This document shows, piece by piece, positions 19,377 to 28,684 of a stretch of 64,000 bases of DNA. Source of the stretch: Conyzicola sp. Its GTDB lineage: Bacteria > Actinomycetota > Actinomycetes > Actinomycetales > Microbacteriaceae. The stretch covers positions 38,152 through 102,151 of the forward strand of contig NZ_JBKKAD010000168.1 of the NCBI RefSeq assembly GCF_046714715.1, read 5' to 3'. The position numbers and the translations under genes were made by a program. Under the pieces are notes generated by a model that saw only the letters and a program-made list of their open reading frames with translations, searched no databases and was not told where the DNA came from. Every line of letters begins with the position of its first letter. Position 1 is the first letter of the stretch.

Positions 19377-20072
19377 CTACCAGGGCATAACCCCGTCGCG
19401 CGCCACGAACGTGCCCGTCGGTCCATCGGCGCCGATCGTCGCCATCGCCACGACCGCGTCGGTTCCCTCGGCCACGGTCTGCGTGCCGCTGTTGCCGTTC
19501 AGGTCGGTCGCCGTGTACCCGGGGTCGACCGCGTTGACGCGCATGTCGGGAAACGCCTTGGCGTACTGCACCGCGATCATCGTGGCGGCCGATTTCGACG
19601 AGCCGTACGCGATCGTCGCGAAGGTCGACTCGATGTGCGCCGGGTCGTTCACCCGGTCGAACGAGCCGAGTCCGCTCGATACGTTCACAATGACCGGCGA
19701 CTGTGACTTGCGCAGCAGCGGGAGCATCGCGTGCGTTACTCGCACGACGCCGAAGACATTGACGTCGTACACCTCGCGCACGATGTCGGCCGTCACGTCG
19801 GCAGAGTCGGCCTGCGACCCCGAGATGCCGGCGTTGTTGACGAGCACATCGAGGTGGCCTGCTTCTTCGAGGATGGATGCCGCAGCGCCCGCCACAGACG
19901 CGTCATCCGTCACATCGATCTGTACGAATCTCGCGCCGAGCGATTCGGCCGCGGCCGCTCCCTTCTCTGCGTCGCGGGCTCCGAGATAGACGGTGTGGCC
20001 GAGTTCGATGAGGCGTCGTGCGGTTTCGAAACCGAGACCTTTGTTGGCTCCTGTGATGAGTGTTGTTGTCAT
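19377..20072 (-). CDS. SDR family oxidoreductase
   Basis: 231 aa; TGANKGLG Rossmann motif, NNAG, YGSSK catalytic motif. Confidence 0.9.
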   Translation of the reverse strand: MTTTLITGANKGLGFETARRLIELGHTVYLGARDAEKGAAAAESLGARFVQIDVTDDASVAGAAASILEEAGHLDVLVNNAGISGSQADSADVTADIVREVYDVNVFGVVRVTHAMLPLLRKSQSPVIVNVSSGLGSFDRVNDPAHIESTFATIAYGSSKSAATMIAVQYAKAFPDMRVNAVDPGYTATDLNGNSGTQTVAEGTDAVVAMATIGADGPTGTFVARDGVMPW

Positions 20073-20173
20073 GGCTCCAGCGTGCGGCGGGTGTGTTTCG
20101 TGGAGAAGGCACGCTGTTGACTATGGACTGCGAGTACCACCCTCCCGCGGCGCGGAGGGTGGAGACTGAAGCA

Positions 20174-21031
20174 ATGAACGACGTCGCGCCGCACGAACTC
20201 GCTGTCATCCTGCGCGCCTGGCGCGACCGGCTGGCGCCCGAGGCGGCGGGCATGCCGCGCGGTAGCGGTCGTCGCGCTCCAGGTCTGCGGCGCGAGGAGC
20301 TGGCGTCCCTCGCCGGTGTTTCCGTCGACTACCTCGTGCGGCTCGAGCAGGGGCGGTCGACGAGTCCGTCTCCGCAGGTCTTGGCTTCGATCGCCCGCGC
20401 GTTGCGACTGACCAACGAGGAGCGCGACCACCTCTACCGCGTCGCCGGTGCGGCCGTGCCCACGAGCGCGGAGGTGCCGCGACACCTCACCCCGAGCATC
20501 CAGCGCATCGTCGACCGGCTCGGCGACACCCCGGCCGCCGTGTTTTCGGCGACCTGGGATCTGATCAGCTGGAATCCGCTGTGGGCGGCGCTGCAGGGCG
20601 ACCCGTCCTTGTATTCGGGCAAGGCGGCGAACGTCGCGTGGCGCGTATTTATGGCGGGGGAGAATCCCGAGATCACCCAGAGCGTCGAGGAAGCCGATAA
20701 TTTCGAGCACGACCTCGCCGCCGACCTGCGCTCGGCCTCGGGCCGGTACCCGAACGACAGGGCCCTCGCCGAGCTGATCGCGACGCTGCTGAAGTCGAGC
20801 CCGCGGTTTGCCGACCTCTGGTCGTGCGCCCGGGTGGCGACGCACCTTTCGTCGAAAAAGATCGTGCACACGGCGATGGTCGGCCCCATCGCCCTCGACT
20901 GCGACGTGCTGATGGCGCCCGGCAGTGACCTGCGCGTCGTCGTCTATACGGCCGAACCGGGCTCGACGGACGCCGCCCGCCTCGACCTGTTGCGCGTGGC
21001 GGGGCTGCAGCAACTGACCGCTGTCGGTTAG
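20174..21031 (+). CDS. MmyB-like helix-turn-helix transcriptional regulator
   Basis: LRREELASLAGVSVDYLVRLEQGR HTH plus a long C-terminal ligand-type domain; divergent from the SDR gene (a common pairing); start chosen at MNDVAPH with GGAG upstream. Confidence 0.75.
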   Translation: MNDVAPHELAVILRAWRDRLAPEAAGMPRGSGRRAPGLRREELASLAGVSVDYLVRLEQGRSTSPSPQVLASIARALRLTNEERDHLYRVAGAAVPTSAEVPRHLTPSIQRIVDRLGDTPAAVFSATWDLISWNPLWAALQGDPSLYSGKAANVAWRVFMAGENPEITQSVEEADNFEHDLAADLRSASGRYPNDRALAELIATLLKSSPRFADLWSCARVATHLSSKKIVHTAMVGPIALDCDVLMAPGSDLRVVVYTAEPGSTDAARLDLLRVAGLQQLTAVG

Positions 21032-21075
21032 GTCGCTCTGCGTCCTCCGGCCGGGGCGTGTCTGACAGAGACGTT

Positions 21076-21102
21076 CCTCACATTCCGGATGGCTATGTCG
21101 TC
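21076..21102 (+). promoter_or_regulatory. ECF41-type promoter candidate
   Basis: cCTCACA-16 nt-CGTC compared with the published ECF41 motif TGTCACA-N16-CGTC; lies 32 nt upstream of the oxidoreductase ATG. Confidence 0.45.
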
Positions 21103-21134
21103 ATGAGTAGTGAAGGTCTATCTCAGGAGGACAA

Positions 21135-22334
21135 ATGAAAACGATCGTCATCGTCGGAGGCGGGTACGCCGGCGTCATCTGCGCCAACCGCCTGCGCTCG
21201 TCGCTCAGCGATGCGGAAGCAGCCAGCGTCCGCATTCGTCTGATCAACCCCGATGAGCATTTTTACGAGCGCATCCGCTTCCATGAGGTCGCCGCAGGCA
21301 CCCGTGACACTGCGGCCATCCCACTCGCAGACATGCTGCACCCCGATGTGCAGCTCACTATCGGCACGGCGGCGCACATCGATCCGGCAAAGCGCGTAGT
21401 CGACGTGCGCGAGGCGAGAGGCGGTCTCTCCACCTACGCATACGACAAGCTCGTCTACGCGGTGGGAAGCGGCGACTCCACAGACCGAGTCAAAGGCGCT
21501 GGCGAGTTCACGTATGCAATAGCTGACCCTCATTCGGCTACAGCGGCGGCGGGATCGATCGCCGCTGCCCGAGCTGGACAACGTGTCGTCGTCGTCGGAG
21601 GCGGTTTCACCGGAGTGGAGACGGCCGCTGAGGTCGCGGAGAAGAATCCGGAGCTGCGGGTCACTCTGGTCACGTCAGGGCCCCTGGTCAGACCAATGCG
21701 TGCTCGGGCGCGGCGCAGCATCACCAAGCGTCTCAACCGGCTGGGCGTTGATATCGAGAACCGCCCTTTTGTATCCTCCGTGACCGAAGGCACTCTGCAT
21801 TTCGTCGACGAGTCGACGATGGTGTTCGACGTCTGCTTATGGACAGCGGGATTCTCAGTGCCCGACCTCGCTCGGGATAGCGGTCTCGCCTGCGATGAGG
21901 TCGGGCGGCTACGAGTCGATGAGCATCTCCGCTCGATCGACGTCCCGGATATTCTTGGCGCCGGTGACGCCGTGCGACTCCCCGAGCAGTACGGACAGCA
22001 CCTGCGCATGGGTTGCGCGGCGGCGCTCCCGCTTGGCGGCGCGGCGGCCGATGTCCTCCTCGCCCTCCTGCGTCGCCGACCATTGCCGATCACGTCAGTC
22101 GGGTTCTTGGTGCAGTGCATCAGCATCGGTCGGCGCGACGGCTACGTTCAATTTGTGAGGTCGAACGACACAGCAACACCTTTTGCCATCGGTGGCTCAC
22201 TTGGTGCACGGTTTAAAGAGATGATCTGCACGATGACTGTCGACGGTCCGCGTAAAGAGCGGAGCAAGCCGGGAGCATACTGGGCACCCAAGGGGCCCAA
22301 GCCACTGGCCGACGGGGAGCTGACTCGCGCATGA
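21135..22334 (+). CDS. NAD(P)/FAD-dependent oxidoreductase (type II NADH dehydrogenase-like)
   Basis: 399 aa; two GxGxxG dinucleotide folds (IVGGGYAG, VVGGGFTG); AGGAGG RBS. Confidence 0.85.
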   Translation: MKTIVIVGGGYAGVICANRLRSSLSDAEAASVRIRLINPDEHFYERIRFHEVAAGTRDTAAIPLADMLHPDVQLTIGTAAHIDPAKRVVDVREARGGLSTYAYDKLVYAVGSGDSTDRVKGAGEFTYAIADPHSATAAAGSIAAARAGQRVVVVGGGFTGVETAAEVAEKNPELRVTLVTSGPLVRPMRARARRSITKRLNRLGVDIENRPFVSSVTEGTLHFVDESTMVFDVCLWTAGFSVPDLARDSGLACDEVGRLRVDEHLRSIDVPDILGAGDAVRLPEQYGQHLRMGCAAALPLGGAAADVLLALLRRRPLPITSVGFLVQCISIGRRDGYVQFVRSNDTATPFAIGGSLGARFKEMICTMTVDGPRKERSKPGAYWAPKGPKPLADGELTRA

Positions 22335-23242
22335 CCGTTGCCGCACCGGGGAGTGCTGATCACCGTCGGCTATTCGGCGTCGCCTACCGTATCTTCGGTT
22401 CGGTTCATGACGCCGAAGATGCGGTCCAGGAGGGGCTCATACGCTGGCACCGTCTGGATCAGGATCAGCGCGACCTGGTGCGAGAGCCAATGGCCTGGCT
22501 CACTCGCGTCGTCAGTCGGATTTGCCTAGACGAATTGGGGTCGGCACGAGCTCGTCGCGAACAGTACACCGGCATTTGGCTGCCCGAGCCACTCATCGGC
22601 TCCTATGCCGGGGAAGGTTCGGGTCGTGGAGCGATGGACCCGGCCGATTCCATCAGTCTGGACGAGTCGGTGTCTCTGGCACTCCTCGTCGCGATGGAGA
22701 GATTGAGTCCGGGGGAGCGGGTCAGTTTGATCCTTCACGACGTCTTTGGTCTCAGTTTCGATGACATCGCCGAAATCGTCGGGCGGACAACCGGATCATG
22801 CCGACAGCTCGCCTCCACCGCTCGACACAAGATCGGCGCGCCTCCGCGGCCGACGTCGAGCACGTCGGACCAGAAGGAACGCGACGGAGTAGTAGAGGCC
22901 TTTCTCGGTGCGTGCATGGGCGGCGATTTGGAAGCGCTCGTCCGCGTCCTAGACCCGAGCGTCGTGTCGAGAGCTGATGGTGGTGATCACACCCGGGCAG
23001 CAAGGAAGGCTGTTGTCGGATCGGACCTCGTTGCTCGTTATCTTCTCGGAGTCGTGGGGAAGCAGCGTCAGCTCACGGCGACGCTAGCAACCACGATTGA
23101 AATGGTGAACGGTCGCACCGGAATCGTCACGCGTGAGGGGGACAGGATCATCGGCGTCTTCGATCTGGAGATCGTTAGTGGTCGAGTCACCGAGATCGCG
23201 ATCCAAGTCAACCCGGAAAAGCTTCACGTCTACACGCCCTGA
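22331..23242 (+). CDS. ECF sigma factor, ECF41/SigJ-like with C-terminal SnoaL-like extension
   Basis: 303 aa; region 2 (DAEDAVQEGLIRW), region 4 (DDIAEIVGRTTGSCRQLASTARHKI) and a roughly 110-aa extension; 4-nt overlap with the upstream oxidoreductase. Confidence 0.8.
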   Translation: MTVAAPGSADHRRLFGVAYRIFGSVHDAEDAVQEGLIRWHRLDQDQRDLVREPMAWLTRVVSRICLDELGSARARREQYTGIWLPEPLIGSYAGEGSGRGAMDPADSISLDESVSLALLVAMERLSPGERVSLILHDVFGLSFDDIAEIVGRTTGSCRQLASTARHKIGAPPRPTSSTSDQKERDGVVEAFLGACMGGDLEALVRVLDPSVVSRADGGDHTRAARKAVVGSDLVARYLLGVVGKQRQLTATLATTIEMVNGRTGIVTREGDRIIGVFDLEIVSGRVTEIAIQVNPEKLHVYTP

Positions 23243-23299
23243 GATCGACTCCTCCTCCCACCCAAACTCCGCTCAGGTTCGCCCCTTACCCTCGAACCC

Positions 23300-23962
23300 A
23301 TGCCCACCGACATCGCCGATGGTTCCCAGCTCACAGGTTTCGCGGATTGGGCGGTCGGGGTGATGGAGACGCTCGGCGCTCCCGGTGCCGGTCTCGTGAT
23401 CGCAATCGAGAACCTGTTCCCGCCGCTTCCGAGCGAAGTAATCCTTCCGCTCGCCGGTTTCACCGCGAGCCGCGGCAGTTTCGGTCTCGTCGACGCAATC
23501 GTCTTCACCACGCTCGGCTCGATCGTCGGCGCGTGGGTGCTCTACGCGCTCGGCGCCTGGCTCGGCCGCGCCCGCGTGCGCGCAATCGTCGACAAGCTGC
23601 CGCTCATGAGCGCGGAGGACTTCGACAAAACCGAGGTCTGGTTCGGCAAGCACGGCACGAAGGCCGTCTTCTTCGGGCGGATGGTCCCGCTCTTCCGCAG
23701 CTTCATCTCGCTGCCCGCGGGAGTCGAGCGGATGAACCCGCTCGCGTTCACCGCCCTGACGGCCGCCGGCAGCCTCATCTGGAACTCCATCTTCGTCATC
23801 GCCGGCTTCTACCTCGGCGAGAACTGGCACGTCGTCGAGCAGTATGCGGGCGTGTTCCAGAAGATCGTGATCGCCGTGGTGGTCGCGCTCGTCGCCTGGT
23901 TCGTGGTGACGCGGGTGCGCAGCATCCGGGCCCGCAAGCGGGAAGAGTCGCTGGTCGAGTAG
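23300..23962 (+). CDS. DedA family membrane protein
   Basis: 220 aa; ENLFPPLPSEVILPLAG..., FFGRMVPLFRSFISLPAG signature. Confidence 0.85.
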   Translation: MPTDIADGSQLTGFADWAVGVMETLGAPGAGLVIAIENLFPPLPSEVILPLAGFTASRGSFGLVDAIVFTTLGSIVGAWVLYALGAWLGRARVRAIVDKLPLMSAEDFDKTEVWFGKHGTKAVFFGRMVPLFRSFISLPAGVERMNPLAFTALTAAGSLIWNSIFVIAGFYLGENWHVVEQYAGVFQKIVIAVVVALVAWFVVTRVRSIRARKREESLVE

Positions 23963-24053
23963 CTCGCGCAGCGAGCGGCCACGCTGGTTGAGTAGCTCGC
24001 GCAGCGAGCGGCCACGCTGGTTGAGTAGCTCGCGCAGCGAGCGTATCGAAACC
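23951..24053. repeat. GAGTAG-element variant: outer-left arm plus side hairpin in about 2.8 tandem 33-bp copies, then one inner arm
   Basis: ctggtYgagtagctcgcgcagcgagcggccacg at 23951, 23984 and 24017, ending gtatcgaaacc; the first copy encodes the last codons and TAG stop of dedA. Confidence 0.85.
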
Positions 24054-24055
24054 CG

Positions 24056-25192
24056 CTAGCCGGCGTTCTTCAGCGTCATTACGCGTCGCGCCGCGGCATC
24101 CACCAGGTTCGCAAACTCCGGGTCGCTCTGCGCCTTCGCGACGACCGCGTCGATCATCTCGGCGGCGATAGCGGGCGATCGCGACACCAGCACGATGTCG
24201 CAGCCGGCCTCGATTGCGAGCACCGCGCGGTCCGCGGGCGACCACGCCGTCACCTGCGCGGCCCCCGACAGGTCGTCGGTCATGATCACGCCGTCGAACT
24301 CGAGCCCGCCGCGCAGCAGCCCGGTGACGACGGTGGGGGAGAAGACGGCGGGCGCCCCCGAGTCGATCTGCGTGTAGATCGCCGACGACATCATCACCAC
24401 GTTCGCCCCCGACGCGATCTCGCTGCGGTAGATGCCCACGCTGTCGCTCTGCGCGTTCGTGGTCGTGTCGGTGACGCCCGCGGTGTCGTCGGTGTTCGCC
24501 GTGATCGCGCCGAGCCCCGGAAAGTGCTTGATCACGCTCGTGACCCCACCCGCGCTCATGCCGGCGCGAAACGCGTCCGCGTGAGCCACGATGCCCGGGG
24601 CGTCGAACGCGAACTCGCGGTCGTACCCTCCGATGGGCGGGTTGGATGTCGCGGCCTCCCTAGAAGCGATGAGATCCACCACCGGCGCGAGGTTCATGGT
24701 CACCCCGGCCGAGGCCAGTTCGCGGGCCCAGGCGGTGGCGCCAGTCTGCAGGCTGGCCGCATCCATCGCCCCTTGTTCCAGAGCGGACGGCATCTCGCTG
24801 AACCCGGGCCCCCTGAGCACCTGCACCTGGCCACCCTCCTGGTCGGTCGAGACCAGAAGGGGGCGATCCGGCGGAGCGGCGGCGGTGAACTGCGCGACGA
24901 CGGCGGCGGTCGCGGCCGTTCCCGCGCTCGACCGGCCCGACAGGAAGACGCCGCCGACGAACCGGTCGCGTACTGCAGACAGCGTCGCGGCCTCTGCTGC
25001 CGACGCTGTGGTGCCGACCATGAACACCTGGCCGACGCGCTGTTCGAGGGTGAGCCCGGCCAGCGGGTCGGCAGTGGCGGTCGGCGTGGGAGTGGGCGGC
25101 AGGGTGGTCGCGGCGGGCTGCGGCGCGGGCGAAGCGCACCCCATGAGCATCAGCGCCACAGCGGAGAGCACAATCCACGAGCGCGTCTTCAC
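24056..25192 (-). CDS. glycoside hydrolase family 3 lipoprotein (NagZ/LpqI-like beta-N-acetylhexosaminidase)
   Basis: 378 aa; lipobox LMGC; KHFPGLG motif and GH3 N-terminal domain pattern. Confidence 0.8.
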   Translation of the reverse strand: MKTRSWIVLSAVALMLMGCASPAPQPAATTLPPTPTPTATADPLAGLTLEQRVGQVFMVGTTASAAEAATLSAVRDRFVGGVFLSGRSSAGTAATAAVVAQFTAAAPPDRPLLVSTDQEGGQVQVLRGPGFSEMPSALEQGAMDAASLQTGATAWARELASAGVTMNLAPVVDLIASREAATSNPPIGGYDREFAFDAPGIVAHADAFRAGMSAGGVTSVIKHFPGLGAITANTDDTAGVTDTTTNAQSDSVGIYRSEIASGANVVMMSSAIYTQIDSGAPAVFSPTVVTGLLRGGLEFDGVIMTDDLSGAAQVTAWSPADRAVLAIEAGCDIVLVSRSPAIAAEMIDAVVAKAQSDPEFANLVDAAARRVMTLKNAG

Positions 25193-25218
25193 CCTCCCAA
25201 CCCTACGCGTGCTGCTCT

Positions 25219-25275
25219 GCTGGTTGAGTAGCGCGGTGGAGCTATGGCAATCGCGCCAGCGATTGCGCGACCCCA
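25219..25275. repeat. GAGTAG-element, degenerate left-arm copy
   Basis: ctggttgagtag followed by a different side hairpin (caatcgc-gcca-gcgattg). Confidence 0.4.
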
Positions 25276-25303
25276 GCGCCGACTGAGCCTGCGAAGGAGG
25301 GCC

Positions 25304-26281
25304 CTACGGCCGCAACAGCACCTTCCCCGCACGCCCCTCGACGAAGTTGGCCTTGCTGGCCGCGCCCGCCTCGTCGAACGAGTAGGTCGCTTCGACGGGC
25401 AGGGTCAGCGATCCCTCGCGGATGCGCAGGCCGAGTTCGCCCAGCAGGCCCGCGCGCTTGTCGGCGCCCATCGAGCCCATGACCTTGCTGCCCCAGAAGC
25501 CCTTCACAGTGATGTTGTTGAAGATGATGGCGCCCGAGCTGATCTCCATCACGGGCGAATCCATGGCGCCGAAAACGATCAGTGTGCCGTTGGGGGAGAG
25601 CAGCGACACCAGGTCGCCAGAAGCGCTACCGCCGACGGAGTCGAGGGCGATCGTGATGGGGGCGCCGGAGGTGATCTCCTTGACCTTGTCCTGCCAACCC
25701 TCGCTGTCGGTCGCGACAATGTTGCTGATGCCCTGCTCCTCGAGCTCGTCGACGCGGGCGGCCTTGCGCACTAGGCCGATCACGTTGATGCCGCGGGCGG
25801 CGGCGAGCTGTGCGACGAGGCGCCCGACGGCTCCGTTCGCGGTGTTCTGAACCATCCAGTCGCCCTCCGCCAGCTCGAGGGTGTCGAGCAGGCTGATCGC
25901 GCTGAAGGGCATCGACACCAGCTGCGCGGCGACCTCATCGCTCAGTGAGTCGTCGACGGGAATTAGGGCTGCCGCCTTGGCGATGAAGTACTCGGCCCAG
26001 ACGCCGAAGGTTCCGCCGGTGGCGACCCGTTGGCCGACGGTGAGGTGCGTGACATCCGCACCAATGGCGTCGACGACGCCGACCGCTTCGGTGCCGGCGC
26101 GGGCGGGCATCTCGGGCTTGAATCCGTAGGTGCCGCGGATGGTCCACAGGTCGTGGTTGTGGATCGGGCTCAGCAGGGTGCGCACGCGCACCTCGCCCGC
26201 GCCGGGCTCCGGCGTTTCGACGTTCTCGACCGCGAGAACCTCCGAGGGCTCTCCGAACTGGTGATGGATGATGGCGCGCAT
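25304..26281 (-). CDS. zinc-binding/quinone oxidoreductase family (MDR superfamily)
   Basis: Start at MRAIIHHQFGEPSEVL (ATG 26281); GAVGRLVAQLA Rossmann-type motif. Confidence 0.85.
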   Translation of the reverse strand: MRAIIHHQFGEPSEVLAVENVETPEPGAGEVRVRTLLSPIHNHDLWTIRGTYGFKPEMPARAGTEAVGVVDAIGADVTHLTVGQRVATGGTFGVWAEYFIAKAAALIPVDDSLSDEVAAQLVSMPFSAISLLDTLELAEGDWMVQNTANGAVGRLVAQLAAARGINVIGLVRKAARVDELEEQGISNIVATDSEGWQDKVKEITSGAPITIALDSVGGSASGDLVSLLSPNGTLIVFGAMDSPVMEISSGAIIFNNITVKGFWGSKVMGSMGADKRAGLLGELGLRIREGSLTLPVEATYSFDEAGAASKANFVEGRAGKVLLRP

Positions 26282-26324
26282 GGCGACCTCGACTTTCTGT
26301 GAACTGGACGTTTTACTATACTGC

Positions 26325-26360
26325 AATGACCGGTTCAAAAAGAATGACCGGTTCAAAAAG
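26325..26360. promoter_or_regulatory. 2 x 18-bp perfect direct repeat, candidate TetR operator
   Basis: aatgaccggttcaaaaag twice in tandem, each with an ACCGGT core palindrome; in the 94-bp divergent intergenic region between the TetR gene and the oxidoreductase. Confidence 0.5.
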
Positions 26361-26375
26361 CAGGGGAGCCTGGAT

Positions 26376-26960
26376 ATGGGTCGCTCGAAGACATTCGCCG
26401 ACGTCGAAGTCGTGCGCGCGGCGCGAGAGGCGTTCTGGAGCAAGGGCTACGAGAGCACCGGCATCGCCGACCTCGAGACCGCGACCGGGCTCAACCGCTC
26501 CAGCATCTACCACGCGTTCGGCAGCAAGCGCGGACTGTTCGACGAGGCCGTCGAGTCGTACCTCGACGACGTCGTGCGTCCCCGCCTCGCGCCCCTCGCT
26601 GCCGAGGTGGTCGCCCCCAACGCGCTCGAGACCTACCTGCGAGGACTCCGTGACGCGATGGTCGACGAGCCGACCTCGCTTGCGGTGAACGGATGCCTCT
26701 TGCTGAACGCCACAGCGGCGCTCCTCGGTCACGAGGGCGGACTGCAGCAGGTCGTGACGCGTTACTGCGCCGAACTGCGCGCTGGCGTCACTGCTGGCGC
26801 GATCGCGCGGCACCCCGACGTCGACGCCCCGACGATCGAACTCATCGCGACCACAGTCACCGGCCTGGTCTTCGCGTCGATGGTCGTCGTGCGCGTCGAC
26901 CGCACCGCCGCGGGCCGCACGCTCGACGCCGCACTGAGCGCCGCAGAAAGATCAATGTAA
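26376..26960 (+). CDS. TetR/AcrR family transcriptional regulator
   Basis: MGRSKTF..REAFWSKGYESTGIADLETATGLNRSSIYHAFGSKRGLF HTH; GGGGAG RBS. Confidence 0.85.
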   Translation: MGRSKTFADVEVVRAAREAFWSKGYESTGIADLETATGLNRSSIYHAFGSKRGLFDEAVESYLDDVVRPRLAPLAAEVVAPNALETYLRGLRDAMVDEPTSLAVNGCLLLNATAALLGHEGGLQQVVTRYCAELRAGVTAGAIARHPDVDAPTIELIATTVTGLVFASMVVVRVDRTAAGRTLDAALSAAERSM

Positions 26961-27014
26961 AACATTCTTGACACGCGCTACCAGCGCGCCCTACTCTTCC
27001 CATGTAAAGAAACT

Positions 27015-27452
27015 TTGACATGGGAGAGACCGATGACACTCGAAGAACGCCGCTCGTGGACCTACCTCGCCGTGGCCGTCGTCGTGTACGGGGGCTACCT
27101 GTTCTCCGTGCTGGGGAGGGCCGCATCCGCCCCTCTCGTCGACGTCGACTACGTGCCCGCGATGCTCTGGTCGATCGGTATCGCGATCGTCGCCGGCATC
27201 GTCATCAACATCGTGATTGGCATGTTCACGCCGCGTCGCGACCAGAAGACGGACGTGCGCGACCGCGACATCGGCTACCTCGGCGACCGGGTCGGGCAGT
27301 CGTTTCTCGTGATCGGCGCCCTCGCCGCCCTGCTGCTGGCCATGATCGAGGCGGACTACTTCTACATCGCGAACGTGCTCTACCTGGGCTTCGTGCTGTC
27401 GGCGGTGCTCGGCGCGATCACCAAGGTCATCGTCTACCGCAGGGGTTTCTGA
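27015..27452 (+). CDS. hypothetical membrane protein (partner of the small XRE regulator)
   Basis: 145 aa with 4 TM helices; immediately upstream of the HTH gene, a recurrent gene pair. Confidence 0.55.
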   Translation: MTWERPMTLEERRSWTYLAVAVVVYGGYLFSVLGRAASAPLVDVDYVPAMLWSIGIAIVAGIVINIVIGMFTPRRDQKTDVRDRDIGYLGDRVGQSFLVIGALAALLLAMIEADYFYIANVLYLGFVLSAVLGAITKVIVYRRGF

Positions 27453-27454
27453 CC

Positions 27455-27676
27455 GTGGTCAAGGCGACGAGTGTCACTAACAACATCCGTGCGTTGCGCG
27501 CCTCAACCGGCGAGATGACGCAGGCCGACCTGGCGGAGCGCATCGGCGTCACCCGCCAGACCATCATCGCCATCGAGCAGGGACGCTATTCGCCCTCGCT
27601 CGAGGTGGCGTTCCAGATCGCGCGCGAATTCAAGGTTCCGCTCGACGACGTCTTCCAATACGGAGGTTCCAACTGA
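27455..27676 (+). CDS. XRE-family helix-turn-helix transcriptional regulator (YozG-like, 73 aa)
   Basis: GTG 2 nt after the upstream stop; NIRALRASTGEMTQADLAERIGVTRQTIIAIEQGRYSPSLEVAFQIAREF. Confidence 0.75.
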   Translation: MVKATSVTNNIRALRASTGEMTQADLAERIGVTRQTIIAIEQGRYSPSLEVAFQIAREFKVPLDDVFQYGGSN

Positions 27677-28650
27677 TGAAAGCGATAGTGCAAGACCGAT
27701 ACGGCGACTCGTCTGTGCTGCACCTCGACGACGTGCCCATGCCGACGATCGGCGACGACGACGTGCTGATCGAGGTGCGCGCCACCTCGCTCAACATCGG
27801 CGACATCCATCTCATGACGGGACTGCCGCTGATCATGCGCCCGTTCGTGGGATTCAAAGGTCCCAGACAAAGAATCAGGAGCATGGATGTCGCGGGGCTG
27901 GTGCACTCCGTCGGCCCTCGTGTCACGGCCTTCAGGCCCGGCGACGAGGTGTTCGGCGTCGTCGACGCCGGTCTCGCCGAGTATGCCCGCGCCTCGGTCA
28001 AGAAGATCGCCCCGAAGCCGGCCTCGCTCTCGTTCGAGCAGGCCTCGGCGATCCCCACGTCCGCGGCCACCGCCCTGCACGCGCTGCGCGACACCGGTCA
28101 CGTGCAGGCCGGGCAGAAGGTGCTGATCATCGGAGCGTCCGGCGGTGTCGGCATCTTCGCAACCCAGCTCGCGAAGGCGTTCGGCACACACGTCACCGGC
28201 GTCGCCAGCACCGCGAAGCTCGACCTGGTGCGCTCGCTCGGCGCCGACGAGGTCATCGACTACACGACGACCGACTTCACCCGGTCGGGGGAGCGCTACG
28301 ACCTGATCGTCGACATGGCGAGCACGCACACGTTCGGCGATCTGCGCGGCGTTTTGGCACCCGACGGCACGCTTGTGATCGTCGGGGGAGAGGCCGGCGG
28401 CCGCTTCACCGGCGGCGTCGGTCGCGCGATGACGGCACCGCTGCGGGCCATCGGCTCAAAGCAGAAGCTGAAGGGCCTGATCTCGCTGACAACCGCCGCC
28501 GACCTCGCCATGCTCACTGAGTTCGTCGAAGCGGGCAAGCTGGCGCCCGTGATCGACGCCGCGCATCCGCTGGCGGATGCATCCGAGGCAATGGCTCACC
28601 TGCAGTCATCGCGCGGGTCAGGCAAGCTCGTGCTCACACCTGCCGGTTGA
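27676..28650 (+). CDS. NAD(P)-dependent alcohol dehydrogenase / quinone oxidoreductase (MDR)
   Basis: 324 aa; IIGASGGVGIFATQLAK Rossmann motif; ATGA overlap with the upstream stop; its stop TGA lies inside a GAGTAG-element. Confidence 0.85.
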   Translation: MKAIVQDRYGDSSVLHLDDVPMPTIGDDDVLIEVRATSLNIGDIHLMTGLPLIMRPFVGFKGPRQRIRSMDVAGLVHSVGPRVTAFRPGDEVFGVVDAGLAEYARASVKKIAPKPASLSFEQASAIPTSAATALHALRDTGHVQAGQKVLIIGASGGVGIFATQLAKAFGTHVTGVASTAKLDLVRSLGADEVIDYTTTDFTRSGERYDLIVDMASTHTFGDLRGVLAPDGTLVIVGGEAGGRFTGGVGRAMTAPLRAIGSKQKLKGLISLTTAADLAMLTEFVEAGKLAPVIDAAHPLADASEAMAHLQSSRGSGKLVLTPAG

Positions 28651-28679
28651 GTAGGTCGCTCCGCGACCGTATCGAAGCC
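28643..28679. repeat. GAGTAG-element, left-half copy
   Basis: ccggttgagtagg-tcgctccgcga-ccgtatcgaagcc; truncated exactly where the low-GC island begins. Confidence 0.8.
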
Positions 28680-28684
28680 TGCTT

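Noticed and set aside
16811-19426. 871-aa ORF antisense to the Clp ATPase gene
   Set aside because: Arg/Gly/Asp/Val-rich low-complexity translation, typical of shadow ORFs in high-GC DNA. The plus-strand gene has unambiguous AAA+ motifs.
23951-24053. Tandem repeats here and at 41627-41698 as possible CRISPR arrays
   Set aside because: The repeats are contiguous with no unique spacers, there are only about 3 units, no cas genes are nearby, and the units derive from the intergenic palindromic element.
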